Both the position numbers and the translations under genes were made by a program. Positions 18,686 through 36,983 of a DNA stretch of 64,000 nt are shown in pieces. This DNA comes from the human T2T-CHM13v2.0 reference genome, Homo sapiens. The stretch is from assembly GCF_009914755.1 (NCBI RefSeq), contig NC_060925.1; one strand, 5' to 3'. Below the pieces are notes generated by a model, which ran no database searches, had not been told where the DNA came from, and was given only the letters and a program-made list of their open reading frames with translations. Numbering within the stretch: position 1 is the stretch's first letter; every line of letters starts with the position of its first letter.

Positions 18686-19638
18686 TGGACTTTGTGACTA
18701 CTTAGCAAATAACTAGCATAAATTTGATAAATGAACAAATGAAAGACTTCCCTGAATTATGTGGCCAGACCTATGAAAAGCAGCACTCAACAGTTCCCTT
18801 CAAAGCTGTTCCCTCTGTTACTAAAGAAAGCATTTGGAGGTGGTGAGTTCCTTGTTAAATAACATGGAAAATCCTTTGGTGGATGGCAGTTAAATAGGAG
18901 GTAGAAGTAAGTATGTGGCAATGTCTTTATTAAAAATTTTTTTTAATTGTCAGATCTACCAAAGAGCCAGTGTGATATGCCAGAAACAGCCCAAGACGTG
19001 GAGTAAAAGAACTGGGTTGGGGACCCAGGGTCTCCAAGGTTTAACCTTGAACAGATCATCCAACCTATCTGAGCCTCCATGAAATGAAAGTTGTAAAGCC
19101 CACATCACACAGCCACTGTGGAGCTCACAGCTACAAATCCCTGTCTAGATGAATGGAAGTCATTGTTGTTGCTTCATAGTCTCAACCTATCTGAAAGTCT
19201 CTGATGCAGTGTTCAGGTGCCACCTGCATACCACACGTGGCCAAAGGCAGACTTCACCTGCTCCCTGCTGGTGAAGAGCAGCACTGCACCTCCTGTCTGA
19301 CACTGGAGCCTCTGCGACCTGAAAGTTTGCTGTTCCCTTCCACTCTAGCTGGTATTTGTCTTACTCAGTTGCAGTGTTGAACTGGTAGCCTTGTGGGTAT
19401 TCATTATTTTCTGACAGGGGCTCCCTGGGTTTAGTCATAATTTCCACACACAAAAAAGGGATAGAGTGTCCCTGTATCCCTCATGGACATTAGCAGCAAA
19501 TAAATAGCCTGGGCTAGAGGAAAGTGCCCTGGCTTTAAAGTCAGACAGGCTTGAGTTTGCAGACCCTGTCCCATGCCCTTAGCAATTAGGCCACCTTGGG
19601 CTCCCCGCTGGCATTCATTGAGAGTTGTCACCTTTCTT

Positions 19639-21070
<1,432 letters not shown>

Positions 21071-21545
21071 TAGATACAGATTAAGAAACTCAGGTTCAGA
21101 GAGATCAGCCAATCTATCCAAGGACACTAAGTTTATGTTTGTTTCTATCTTTATTATTGCTTATTTTAACTGAGGTCATCACCTTAAACTTGACGAAAAG
21201 CCCATTATGGTAGAGGAAGAATGGGGAGATGCAGAGAGAAGGGGTGGAGGACAAAACTAGGAAGTCATTTTCCACAGAAAAAGGCAATTCTGCTTCAAGG
21301 AGCCCCCAGCAGAGATTCCCAGTTTCCTTCTGGGGTCTAATTCGGCCTGAACTGCCCCTCGTCCACCCCACCAGCCCCCAGAATGATCATCCAAGCAGTT
21401 TCCATCTGAGGGTATCCTCTTTCCCTTATTCATGATGAAATTCATCTCTCATTTTCTCAAGCTGTTAAGCTACTGACACAAACTATTAAGCAACTACCAC
21501 ATTCAAGAGATGGGCGAGACCCTGAAGACACAGATGAATGGCATG

Positions 21546-21844
21546 TTAATTTGATTGATCATTGGAGATGTGTTACAAAATCTAGGCTTGCAGATTATAC
21601 TAAGCTTTCCTTGGCAGAGAAAATCCAAGCCGACAGGAAGCGTTGTGGGGAGAGCATGCTGCTTCTGGTTTGAATCTTGTCTCTGACTGCCCCTCATTAC
21701 TCTCCTCTTTGGGTTTTTTCCTCCACCTGCTTGGCATGTCAAAATTTTCCAGAACTCTGTCCTTTTCTCTTTTTCCTCTACCTTTCCACAGATTATCTCA
21801 TCATCATCTTAGTTTTAATTTCCAGTATATTGATAATCCTTAAT
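21546..21844. repeat. About 300-bp inverted duplicate of 22995-23169 plus 24074-24198
   Basis: Its reverse complement aligns colinearly with the right arm once the L1 insert and one TSD copy are removed. Confidence 0.95.
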
Positions 21845-21849
21845 ATAGC

Positions 21850-23100
21850 TGAAAGGCCCTGGCCCTTCCAGAGCCTAAGCTCCAGTGGAGAAACAAACAA
21901 ATAAACCAATAATACCATTAGCTCATTAACCATCTCCCAAAGTGCTTATTGATCACGTAGGGGCTGGGAGAGCATCTCAGAATAAGACAGAATCTCAGCT
22001 TCCACAAAGCTTACAACCTCTTGAGTGATGAAGAGAAGTAAGACAAAATTTTAGCACAGCATGAAAAGCAAGAGTTATCAGGGCCTCTCATTAGGGACCT
22101 CTGCCTTGGAGGACTGAGAACGAATAAACAGAAGACATGATGTTTATGCTGGGGTTTTGGGAACCATTAGGTTATCAGGCAGAGAAGCACATTCAGAGGC
22201 ACTGATCTAAGAAAAGCTTCTGGTGTATTCAAGAAACAGGTGTTCTGGTTGAGTCCGAGAGAACAACGAGGACAGGGAAAGGAGTGGATGCATCAGTGAT
22301 GCTGGTGAAGGGCCTGGAGCGTCAAAACAAAAAGTTTCTATTTTAACCCACGGTTAATAGGAACACAAGGGCCTGACAAGTCCAATGTGTTTTGTGTTTG
22401 ATTGATTGTTTTGTTACAGAAATATCACAACGTAAGTGGTATGAAAAATGAAAAGCCAATAGTATGACTAATGAAGCAGCTGGGTGAGAACAATAAGAAC
22501 ATTAACTCAGGCCATGGCATGGAAAGAAAGGGAGGGACTAAAGTCAGGAAACATTTCTGAGCTCAAAATCATAAGGCTGGCAACTAATTGGTTGTAAATA
22601 ATTGATAATATATATATTAAGGACTATTATGCTCTTGGTTGATGTTAAGCATTTCATCTATATTATCTCATAATAATCTGCATTGTCTTCACGATGGCCT
22701 TATAGGTTATGAACTTATACATCCCATTTTGCAGATCTGGAAACAGAGGCTTTGATTTGGCCCCAATTCCATCCACATCCAAAGTATAAGTGCTGAGCTG
22801 GTAACTGCCTCCCACATTGGATGTGGATGAAGAGGAAGGGGGAAAGGTGACATGGAGTTTTCCAGCTTGGAAAAGGCTGTTGGAGAAAGGAGACACATTC
22901 ACTGCTGGACTTGTGAGAGATGAGATGTCCACTGCAGATCCCATTGCACATATGGGCCTGAAGCTCAGAGAAGGATCTTGGCTGGACTCATAGAATTAAG
23001 CATCATCAATATATTGGAAATTAAAACTATGATGATGATGAGATGATCTGTGGAAAGGTAGAGGAAAAAAAAGAAAAAGACAGAGTTCCAGAAAATTTTG
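21850..23100 (-). mobile_element. Degraded L2 with a MIR-like insert
   Basis: L2-like motifs (GCCTGAAGCTCAGAGAAGG...GGCTGGA; GATGAGATGATC); MIR-like CCCATTTTGCAGAT...GAAACAGAGGC at about 22720. Confidence 0.5.
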
Positions 23101-23169
23101 ACATGCCAAGCAGGAGGAGGAAAAAACCTAAAGAGGGGAGTAATAAGGGGCAGTCAGAGATAAGATTCA

Positions 23170-24058
23170 GTTCTGCTCTGATACTAGTCATTTCTTGCCT
23201 TCTGCTAGCTTTTGAATGTGTCTGCTCTTGCTTCTCTAGTTCTTTTAATTGTGATATTAGGGTGTCAATTTTAGATCTTTCCTGCTTTTTCTTGTGGGCA
23301 TTTGGTGCTATAAATTTCCCTCTACACACTGCTTTGAATATGTTCCAGAGATTCTGGTATGTTGTGTCTTTGTTCTCGTTGGTTTCAAAGAACATCTTCA
23401 TTTCTGCCTTCATTTCGTTATGTACCCAGTAGTCATTCAGGAGCGGGTTGTTCAGTTTCCATGTAGTTGAGCGGTTTTGAGTGAGTTTCTGAATCCTGAG
23501 TTCTAGTTTGATTGCACTGTGGTCTGAGAGACAGTTTGTTATAATTTCTGTTCTTTTACATTTGCTGAGGAGTGCTTTACTTCCAACTATGTGGTCAATT
23601 TGGAATAGGTGTGGTGTGGTGCTGAAAAGAATGTATATTCTGTTGATTTGGGGTGGAGAGTTCTGTAGATGTCTATTAGGTCCACTTGGTGCAGAGCTGA
23701 GTTCAGTTCCTGGATATCCTTGTTAACTTTCTGTCCCGTTGGTTTGTCTAATGTTGACAGTGGGGTGTTTAAGTCTCCCATTATTGTTGTGTGGGAGTCT
23801 AAGTCTCTTTGTAGGTCTCTAAGGACTTGCTTTATGAATCTGGGTGCTCCTGTATTGGGTGCATGTATATTTAGGATAGTTAGCTCTTCTTGTTGAATTG
23901 ATCCCTTTATCATTATGTAATGGCCTTCTTTGTCTCTTTTGATCTTTGTTGGTTTAAAGTCTGTTCTATCAGAGACTAGGATTGCAACCCCTGCCTTTTT
24001 TTGTTTTCCATTTGCTTGGTAGAGCTTCCTCTGTCCCTTTATTTTGAGCCTATCTGTG
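23170..24058 (-). mobile_element. L1PA internal fragment (ORF2 endonuclease region), no poly(A), 15-bp TSD
   Basis: Encodes KGSIQQEELTILNIHAPNTGAPRF...[14 protein letters not shown]; flanked by CAGAGATAAGATTCA (23155-23169) and CAGAGACAAGATTCA (24059-24073). Confidence 0.95.
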
Positions 24059-24230
24059 CAGAGACAAGATTCAAACCAGAAGCAGCATGCTCTCCCCGCA
24101 GCGCTTCCTGTTGGCTTGGATTTTCTCTGTCAAGGAAAGCTTAGTATAATCTGCAAGCTTAGATTTTGTAACACAACTGCAATGATCAATCAAATTAAGA
24201 AAAAACTTATCTGACTTGTCACCCCCTTGA

Positions 24231-24557
<327 letters not shown>

Positions 24558-24939
24558 CCCAGGAAAAAATTTTAATGAAAACATTGAAATTCTGCCAGTC
24601 TAGGGCTGACCTCTCAGAAATGTCCCTTTTTACACTTCTCTTTGCAGAAGAGCTTTTATTTCTGTACTTAGAACAAACCCCTGCAAATAAGAAAACAGTT
24701 TTCCCCAGTGCGATACAGAATGCTGTCAAAATGTGTTTCAAAGTCCCAACAAGTCACATTTGCATATTTACTCCTTCAGAATGCTCAGATAAATGAAGCA
24801 GGCTGGCTTTTTTTCACAGAAACCCTTTTGCTCTCCACAGCCATGCCAATCACCAATCACACGTCTCAGCTATGGGACTGTCTAGATCAGCCATGCCCAA
24901 TAAGAGTATAATGTGAGCCACCAATGACAGCCTCAGAAA

Positions 24940-27380
<2,441 letters not shown>

Positions 27381-28714
27381 AATACCTGGTGACATCACTC
27401 AGGGAAAGCAAATGGAGAGGATCCTCATGATGGGGGAGGGAAAGGAGCCCTTAAGGAAAACAATGAAAAGACAAGAAGAAAGAAATCTGGAGGGTGTATT
27501 GCCACCAGAGCCACAGGAAATGAAAGGTTTCAAAAATATGTAAGAAAATAATCAGGTGTGTCAGATACAGTTAAGACTGTAAGAAGAGGAGTGAGTGACA
27601 ACTGCCCCCTTGGACTTGGCTTTACGACGTCCTTAGGAAACCAAGTAAGAGCAATTTCAGTGGAGCAGCGCCAAGTGGGGGTAAGGGCATAAGTGTAGTG
27701 CAGAGTAAATGAGACGTGAGAAAGAGAATAATCTTTCTAGAGATGTGAGTGAGAAGAATAAAGAAGAGATTAGAAAGTAACTAGAGAGAGCAGTGGAGTT
27801 AAAACAGATTTATTTTTGTTGTTGTTTTGTCCAAATTGTTTCAGGATGAAAGAATCTTGAGTATCTTTATAAACTGTGAGCATGAAGAGAGAGAGTATGT
27901 GAAGATGCATTCAATATATTCATTCTACAAATATTTTTTTGATTCTTACTATGTACAAGAACTAGAAAACAAAACAGCTGAAAATCCCTACCCTCCACAG
28001 AGCTGACATTCTAGTTGGGGGAGATAAACAAGATAAATGGGTAAATACATTGTATGAAAGAGGGTGCAATAAAGCAAAGAAAGGAGACAGTGCTGGCAGG
28101 AAGGGGTGTTGCAGTTGTGGGTGGGGTGACCAGGAAAAGCCTCATTGAGAAAGTGGCACTTGAGTAAAAGCCTGAAGGATATGAGAGAGAGGGCTATGTG
28201 AGTATCTGAGGGAAAAGCACTGCAGGCAGAGGGAACAGCAAAGCTAAGACCCTGAGGCAGAAGCCTGCCTGGGATGGTCAAGGAACACCAAAGAGGCCAG
28301 TGAGGCTAGAGCAGTGAGAGAAAGAAGAGTAGAATGTGTGGTCAGAGACAAAATGAGAAGCTGGATCATGTAGGACCTTTTAGGTCTTGGTAACAACCTT
28401 GGCTCTTACTGCGAGTGACATGGGGAGCCATCAGAGGGTCTTGAGCTGAGGAAAGACAGGATCTGACATGGATTTTAACCAGATCTCTCTGTCTTCTGTG
28501 TTGAGAATAGACTTAAGGGCTGAAGGACGTCAGAATCAGAGGGACCGATTAAGAGGCTATTGCAGCACTTCAGGTAAAGGTGACTTGAACCAGAGTGGTA
28601 GCAAGAGAGGGGCTGAGAAGTGGCTGAAATAATATATTTTTAAGGCAGAGCCAGCCAGATGAGGAGAATGGGAGGAAAGAAGAAGTCAGTGGTGACCCAA
28701 GGTTTTTGTCATTT

Positions 28715-28907
28715 GGCTACAGATCATGAAGCTCCATGCAGGCTCCATAGCATGAATCAAGCATAAGAGTCCTTCCACATCTCACCCTTGGCTTACTATA
28801 TGAACACCACACTGTTACCAACATGCCTGGTTCAGTATTAGGGTGGTGTGCCCAAAGTTCACTTGGAGAGCTAAGGGCAGGCTCAGGGTCAGTTGGCCAC
28901 AATACCA
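28715..28907 (+). repeat. 193-bp direct duplicate of 31006-31198
   Basis: Ungapped alignment with 14 mismatches by manual count. Confidence 0.95.
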
Positions 28908-29075
28908 GGCCTGAGAGTGGAAGTGCCATTTACTGAGGTGAGGAAGACTGTGGTAGGAGAGCTTTTGAGGCAAGATCAAGAGTTTGGCTTTGGGCATGAA
29001 TTAGATGTTCTATGACACACACACATTGAGAGATAAATACATGGCAGAATTTGAACCTGTATTAAAGAAAAATGT

Positions 29076-29415
<340 letters not shown>

Positions 29416-31819
29416 TTAAAAAGAGAGCTCAAGAAATGTGAACAGGATGGGATGGAAGGAAGGAGTGAAAAGTTGACCCTCTGAAGCTGATGTCAAGGAA
29501 GCTTTGGGAATGTGGTTGCAAGAACATTTGCAAGGTTGCAAGAAGTGGACAGAGATCCTGCCAGATGGCCTCAATTTTCTCTGCTGAGTGGTAGGGGGTT
29601 GGGAAGGAAGCTTGGGGAAAGAGGTAAAACGTGGGCATGAATATACATGAGGACAGTGCTAGCAGGAGACTAGACAGGTAGGAGACTAGTCCCAAGGCAG
29701 TGCTGGGGCCCCAGCCTGGAGGCAGGGGAGGCTTAGTTCCTCTGACCTCCAACTCTTGGGACAGACAGCCTCACCACTCTGGCCCCTGATGTGCCAAGAG
29801 CAGTTTTGTGGCCAGACGTACCAGGATGCCAACCACCCCCACCCCCCACCCGTGTAGCAAGCAACTGTCCCAGCAGGTTTGTATCTCCAGCCATTCTCCC
29901 TCCCTTTCTGTGCCTGTACCTGCTGGGTGCCCTGCCTCCTCATTAGGCAGGTCTGGGCAATGGCTCAGCTAAGGGCGCTCCCACTCCACACCCACCAGGG
30001 CTGGCCCAGCCCCAGCCCTGACCATGGAGCCAGCTCACCTGCACCACCTACTGGCGAGGCAGGGCAGGACTCCAGCGCCCTTCTGCTGCTATTCCCTAAA
30101 CCCCGCTTCCACACCAACAGCCGCTGGGACTTAGGGCCCACACTAGGACTCTTAGACTCCAAAGCATTTCAGACCTGGAAAAGGCCCAGGTCACCAGTTG
30201 CAACCCCAGTTTTACAAAAGAAGATACTGAAGCTATTCGTTCATTCCACAAATATTTATGGGGCTACCATTACGTGCTGGTGTATCTGGCATCACTCAGG
30301 AGCTAGGGACGCACTGGGGAGGTCCTGCCCTCATAAATGGAACAGGCCAGTGAGGAAGACAGATATAAAATAAATAGCCACAGAATTAAAGATAAGCTTT
30401 AAATGGCGCAACGTTGGAAAGGGAAAAGTTTATGAATGAATTTATGGCTGGCAGAAGGAGGGCTCCTCTCTGAAGACATGACCTTAAGACTGGAAACTGA
30501 AGGTTGAATATAAATTGGCCAGAAAAAGAAATGAAGGTGGGAGAAACATTCTAGACAGAGGAAACAGTATGTGAGAAGGCCCTGATGTCCACAGCCTATG
30601 AACAGAAGGCCCTGTCAACAATGGGGCTCCGGAGCTCTGGGGCTCCGACTCACCTCATGAGGAGAAGAGCCCGTGAGGCACATATCTGTTGTCTGGTGGG
30701 TCCATCCCTCCCTCATCCCCCTCATCTCTAAATGAAAGCCCTCCTAAGGGAAGGCAATATTGCTTGCTCTTACTTTAGTCGGTTTGAACATATGTATTTT
30801 ATCCTTCAACTTCATAATATTGTGAGTTCTTCCTCTCTTTCCTTTAGATAGCAACCCAGAGAATTTCACTGTTGCCCAAATTTGACAGAATAGCAAACCA
30901 AGAAGGTTGATCAAGTATCCTTGGCTTCATTGAAACTAGCATCTAAACCAAGACTCCCTGTGCTTTTAAACAGCAACACACCTTTAACTTCCTTAAACAC
31001 CAGAAGGCTATGCATCATGAAGCTCCATGCAGACTCCACAGCACTAATCAAGCATAAGAGTCCTTCCACGTGTCACCCTTGGCTTACTATATGAACACCA
31101 CACTGTTACCAACATGCCTGGTTCAGTATTAGGGTGGTGTGCCCAAAGTTCACTTGGAGGGCTAAGGGCCAGCTCATGGTCACTTGGCCACAATACCATA
31201 AAATGCACCCCTGAAATATGAACCTCATCACATGTGTGTAAAAAGACTAAGAGAAGAAAGGCAAGTAGGAATGAAGTTAAGGGATATTCTTGCCTTTCAG
31301 GGAAAGTCAATAATGAAAATTCCAGATTTGGGATCCATAAGAATATTGGTGATAAATGAAATGATTGTGGGCATTCAATAAGGAAAATGGACTAATGAAT
31401 AATAATGAGCACTGGTGTTGGTACCCCACACACACACAAACACATACTTCAGCAGTCACAGAATTCCTCTTTCCCTCAGCAGTCACAGAATTACCACGAT
31501 TGGATGATAGATAGTACCTGTCAGTGCTCTTGTGGGTGACAATGAACAGAAGCAGAGACTTGTGGCTAATGGATTACCATCGGCCTGGAGGTAGATCTCT
31601 GCAAAACCTACACGAGGCTATGGTGGTGCGGAGAAACAGACACTACCTAAGTTGAGTCTGTTATTCATGTATAAAGTGGGGGGGATAATAGTGCCCTCCT
31701 CACAAGGTTCTCGTGAAGGTCAAATGGGGTGATCTATGCAAAAGTTCCTAATACTCATTGCCCAATACATGTGGATACTTGGGGCATGGGTGATAACGAA
31801 GGATTTGAATAAAAATGCT

Positions 31820-32122
31820 GGGCCGGGGTAATCCCAACACTTTGGGAGGCCAAGGTGGGTGGAGCCCTTGAGCCCAGGAGACCAAGGAGCACTTCAAGAC
31901 CTGCCTGGGCAACATGGTGAAACCTTGTCTTTACGAAAAATACAAAAATTAGCCAAGCATGGTGGTGCACACCTATAGTCCCAGCTAATCAGGAGGCTGA
32001 GGTGGGAGAATGGCTCAAGCCCTGGAGGTCAAGGCTGCAGTGAGCTGAGACCATGCCACTGCACTCCAGCCTGGGTGACAGAGTGAGACCCTGTCTCAAA
32101 AAAAAAAAAAAAAAAAAAAAAA
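31820..32122 (+). mobile_element. Alu (AluJ-like)
   Basis: Sense Alu with GAGCCCAGGAG and GGTCAAGGCTGCAG J-type features and an A tail. Confidence 0.9.
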
Positions 32123-35100
32123 CCTGAAGATAAAGACGTGAGCAATGACACATAGAGGATGACAACATCAAAATTCAAAAAGATTTCAACAGATTTGAAC
32201 AAAAGGGAACACCACTAATACGACACTAAATCAAGACAAACCAGAGTCTTGCAGTTAGGTTGAAAAACAGGCCTGGTGAAGGCAGGAAGGGATGAGAGGT
32301 GGGTTAATAGCAATCATGATGAAGTGGAAGCTGATGGCATGATGCGGTGGCCAGAGAGGTAAAGCAATCTTGGGCTGCATTGCTATGGCCAGGGTTGTTA
32401 TTACCACATGAATTCAGAGCTACAGCATTTACAGAGGGTTTCACATGTACCACCTATTAATTGAAGAATGTTGTTAGATCAAGGGAAGTGATTACTCCAA
32501 TGAACCCTGAGTCAGAGGATCCCTGGAATTTTGTCTTCTGCCAGTCACCAAATGTAAAAGGAATATAAGTAACCAAACAGCCAGTGTGATATGGGCAAAG
32601 GAACAAAAACTCAGCTCAGCATTGACACGCACTAGCTATGTGACCTTAAGGAAATGACTTAATCTCTCCAAGCTGAGCCTCAGTTTTCTCAATAGAACAG
32701 CAGTTCCTGCCCTGTAGAACTGTCTTGAGGATTAGATGAAATCCCATATACCATGTGCCTACCACAGAGTCTGCAAGCAGAAAAGACAATCAATTGCCAT
32801 TAGGCCCGCAGCCCCCTCAGTTATCCACTTATGGGTATCTGCTCTGTAGTTCTGCTGGAACCTGGTTTCATTTCAAGTCAGTTTCCTTCTCACCCCTTAG
32901 TCATTACACACTGGGTCCTTCCCCCATCCTCACCCCAGTCGGAGCTGAGTGGGGACAGACCCAGACAAAGCCACTGTACTTGCCCCCTTCCCCGAGACAT
33001 GCCACTGGACCATCACAGCACATGTTCCCCAGATCTGAGGCTCAGCATGTCCAAAATGCTGACGGAGCACCTGCTACACACCAGGACTAGGTACGTAGTA
33101 TGAGTGTACTAACTGGGTTCCTGCTTTCACAGAGCTTATAATCTAGTGGGAAATTCAGATGATTAAAACATGTATACAGACAGAGAGAGAAAAACACATA
33201 AATAAGTAATTATAAGTGAACATAGTAGAGGGAAATCCTAATTTGGGGACCTCAAGAGCTAGGCTCTTAGATGAAGTGGCACATGAGCTGAGCACTGGAG
33301 AGAGAGGAGGAAACTCCCCAGCTCCCCTCCCAGGCAGGCAGCTGCTTAACTTTTGGGTACCAGAGGGCTCTCAGCCACTCTGAGAGGGAGCCCCAGCTCC
33401 CCACCCATGGGGTGACACTTCTTACTCCAGCCTACCATGGAAAGTTCCCAAGAGGTCCCTGTCACACGTCCTGGGAGCTCCACCCCTGCCCACCAGTCCT
33501 TCGACCTAATAACACCTTCCCCTCTTGCAGGGCCAGGCTCTAATTAACGCCCCGCCTGACGGAACCTGCTGGGCCAGAAACACACTGGGTGTGCTCAGTC
33601 TGGCTCCCAAATGCATACCTTCCCCAGAGCCACCCTGCCCCTGGCCTTCTGACCCTCTCCTCCCACTCCCAGCACCCCCGCAGCCCTGGGGCAGGGTGTG
33701 GAGATGATTTTCAGGGCGCAGCGAGGAGATAATTTGTGGGTGTCTACTGTACTGAGACTCAGACCCACTTCCCCCACTAATCCTTTCACACTGCCATATT
33801 CTAGATGTTGGTGAAAGAGAAGAGAAAGAATAAAGACAGGCACGAACAGGAGCAGAAGGGCAGACAGACAGAAAATGAGGAGCATGAAGAAACAGGCAGG
33901 GAGGCAGCGTGAGAGAAAAGAAGAGGCCGAGAGGGAGGGGAGGGAGGCACAGACACACACAAGACACAATGTTGGAAAGAAAAAAGCCCACAACGTGAAG
34001 AGGAAGAGCCCAGGAAGCATGGGGAAGGGTGGCAGGAAGCTCAGGAAGAAAGGTTTTCCTAAGTCAGCCAGTCGGAAGAAAGCCACCGCCAGGGGAGCAG
34101 CTGCAGTTGCGTTTCCCGCGCACCACACCCCACCACACCCACCACCCACAGCCCCAGAGGCTGCATCCACCACAGTGAGGGGTCACAGGAGCCTCCACAG
34201 GGGCGGGGTTGGAGGGCATTGGTGCTGGAGAAGATAGGATGTCTCCCCCAGATCTCACCAGCAGAGGGGAAGCCGCCAGAGGGTAAGGGGGAAGGATGGC
34301 CTGGCATTAAGAGGGAGTTCCCTGTGAGAAATCTGCGGAGGCTCAACAGTGGAGACACTGGGATTTTCCGCTCTGCGGTAAGCGTCTGAGACCAGCTGAG
34401 GGAGACACTGCCTCTGCCCAACCCATCCTGGCTTTCCTCCTACAGACGCTTAGGTGGCCCCAGCAGTGTGCCAGGCCCTGTACTGGCCCAGGAGACGGAG
34501 CGAGGGGAGCAGGTGCAGCCCTCGGGGAGTCCAAGCCGGCAGGGAGAAGGCACGCGGGCAGCAAAGAGGCACTACGAGGCCGGGGCCGAGTCCATGGGCG
34601 CTTGCGGTGGGAGACGCCATTTCTAGTTTGGAGAAGCAGGTTCTGGAAGAGCAAGCCTTTGAAAAGCAGCTAAAAAAAAAAAAGTGGGATTGGAGAGGTC
34701 AAGAGAGGGGAAGTTGTGCAGGCAAAGGCAGGAACATGTGAAAGCCCAGCGTGTGAGACTGCAAGTGACCCGCACGGGCTTGTTCTGTGGGAAAGAGATT
34801 ATGGAGGCCCTAACCGACATACTCGTGTGTTGTTAGTTGACTCAGTGGGGAAGGAGAGGCCATACCATGATTTTAGCAGAGGGGTGATAGGAATCATGCC
34901 GTGCCTCAACCTCAGAACCTGGGTGCTCCTTCCTCTACTTAACTCATGGGGCGACTTGAACAGGTCATCTACCTCCTTCCGGTTCAGTGTTCCGTGAAAC
35001 AGGAGGCTTTAACCAGATTGATATTCACTATGCTGGAACCAAAGAAAACTTTGGAGTCTTTTTTTCCCAGCTTATAATCATGGACAACCACTGAGTCGAT

Positions 35101-35575
35101 GAGCTCTGGGCCCTTCCCACCCTGACAATGCCGGGGGCCATGAAGGGGCTGTGCCCCCTCCTTCACCGTGGGCTGCTTCAAACCTGCCCCACCCACTTGC
35201 AGGCCTGCCTGGCTCCTCCCTGCTCATCACCAGGTCTGGGCACAATCTGCACCAATTTTCCCCAGGCAGCTGCGGTTGATGCCCACGAAGGCACATCCTT
35301 CCTGCCACAGTCAAACAGGAGTAACAGACAGCAACAATCACACGCCTCACCCGATGCCAGTGGAATGGTTCTTCAATGCTGAGCACGAGTTCTCAGACCC
35401 TTACACCTGATCATTCATTTAACCCTGGCGATAATCCTCTGAGGGGGGTGTTAGTATTGCCCCTCACTCTAAATGATTAAGGGGAAGCTGGGAAGAATTT
35501 CTCTATAAAAGAACACAGGAGAAGCAAACTGCCTGGAATAAGCTGCCTTGAATTTGCCTTGGAAGAGCGTTTGCT

Positions 35576-36285
<710 letters not shown>

Positions 36286-36983
36286 TGAGGCCTTCATGAG
36301 TGCTGATGGAGTTGGGGAGTCTACAGTCTCTTCTAAAGTTCATAAGGGATGGAGGTTGGGGAGGGAGGTCAATGAGTCCCTAAGGCCTGGGAATGGTGTT
36401 TAAATCAAAAAGAGGAGACCCTCTATTTTGGAGGATTATAAGGAAGGCCAAGAATTATAAGGATACCTTTTTCATGAAACCATTTCTCAGCATCTCAGTC
36501 TACCCCTCTGGCTACTTCCTGCATGAGGGGATGTTAAACTCACCCCTGCTGGGGAAGGTTCCTCTGGGAAGCCTGTGCCCACACCCCACCCCTCCACCAG
36601 AAGGGGGCTAGCAGGAGTGTCACTTCTTACTGCAGGAGGAAGACCTTTCACTACAGGAGTTCTACTGGAGCCACCTTCCTCTGATTGTATAAATGGAGCA
36701 AGAGTTCTGAGTCTCCCTGGGCTTATGTGACCCTCTAGACAAACCACTCTTCCCCTGCTTACATAACCAGGATGCCATAGGGCAAATGACAAATGGACAG
36801 AATCAATCTAATGAGATCGGAGGGACCGTTTTGAAAGCACAGAGCTGTATACAGATTAGGCCGTTAAAGCCTGCTTTGTAAGAGACGTGAAACACTGGAA
36901 GCAAAGACACAGCATCAGTACTCAAAACATGTACAGGGGGAAGAAAGCCCATGTTTCTGGCACCCCTTCTTCCTCCTTCCCTC

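Noticed and set aside
31449-31492. 17-bp direct repeat TCAGCAGTCACAGAATT x2
   Set aside because: Only two copies with a 10-nt spacer; an ordinary micro-duplication, not an array.
36625-36695. Possible acceptor followed by EEDLSLQEF, EF-hand/S100-like
   Set aside because: Similarity is too short, a stop follows within about 18 codons, and I found no matching S100 exon.
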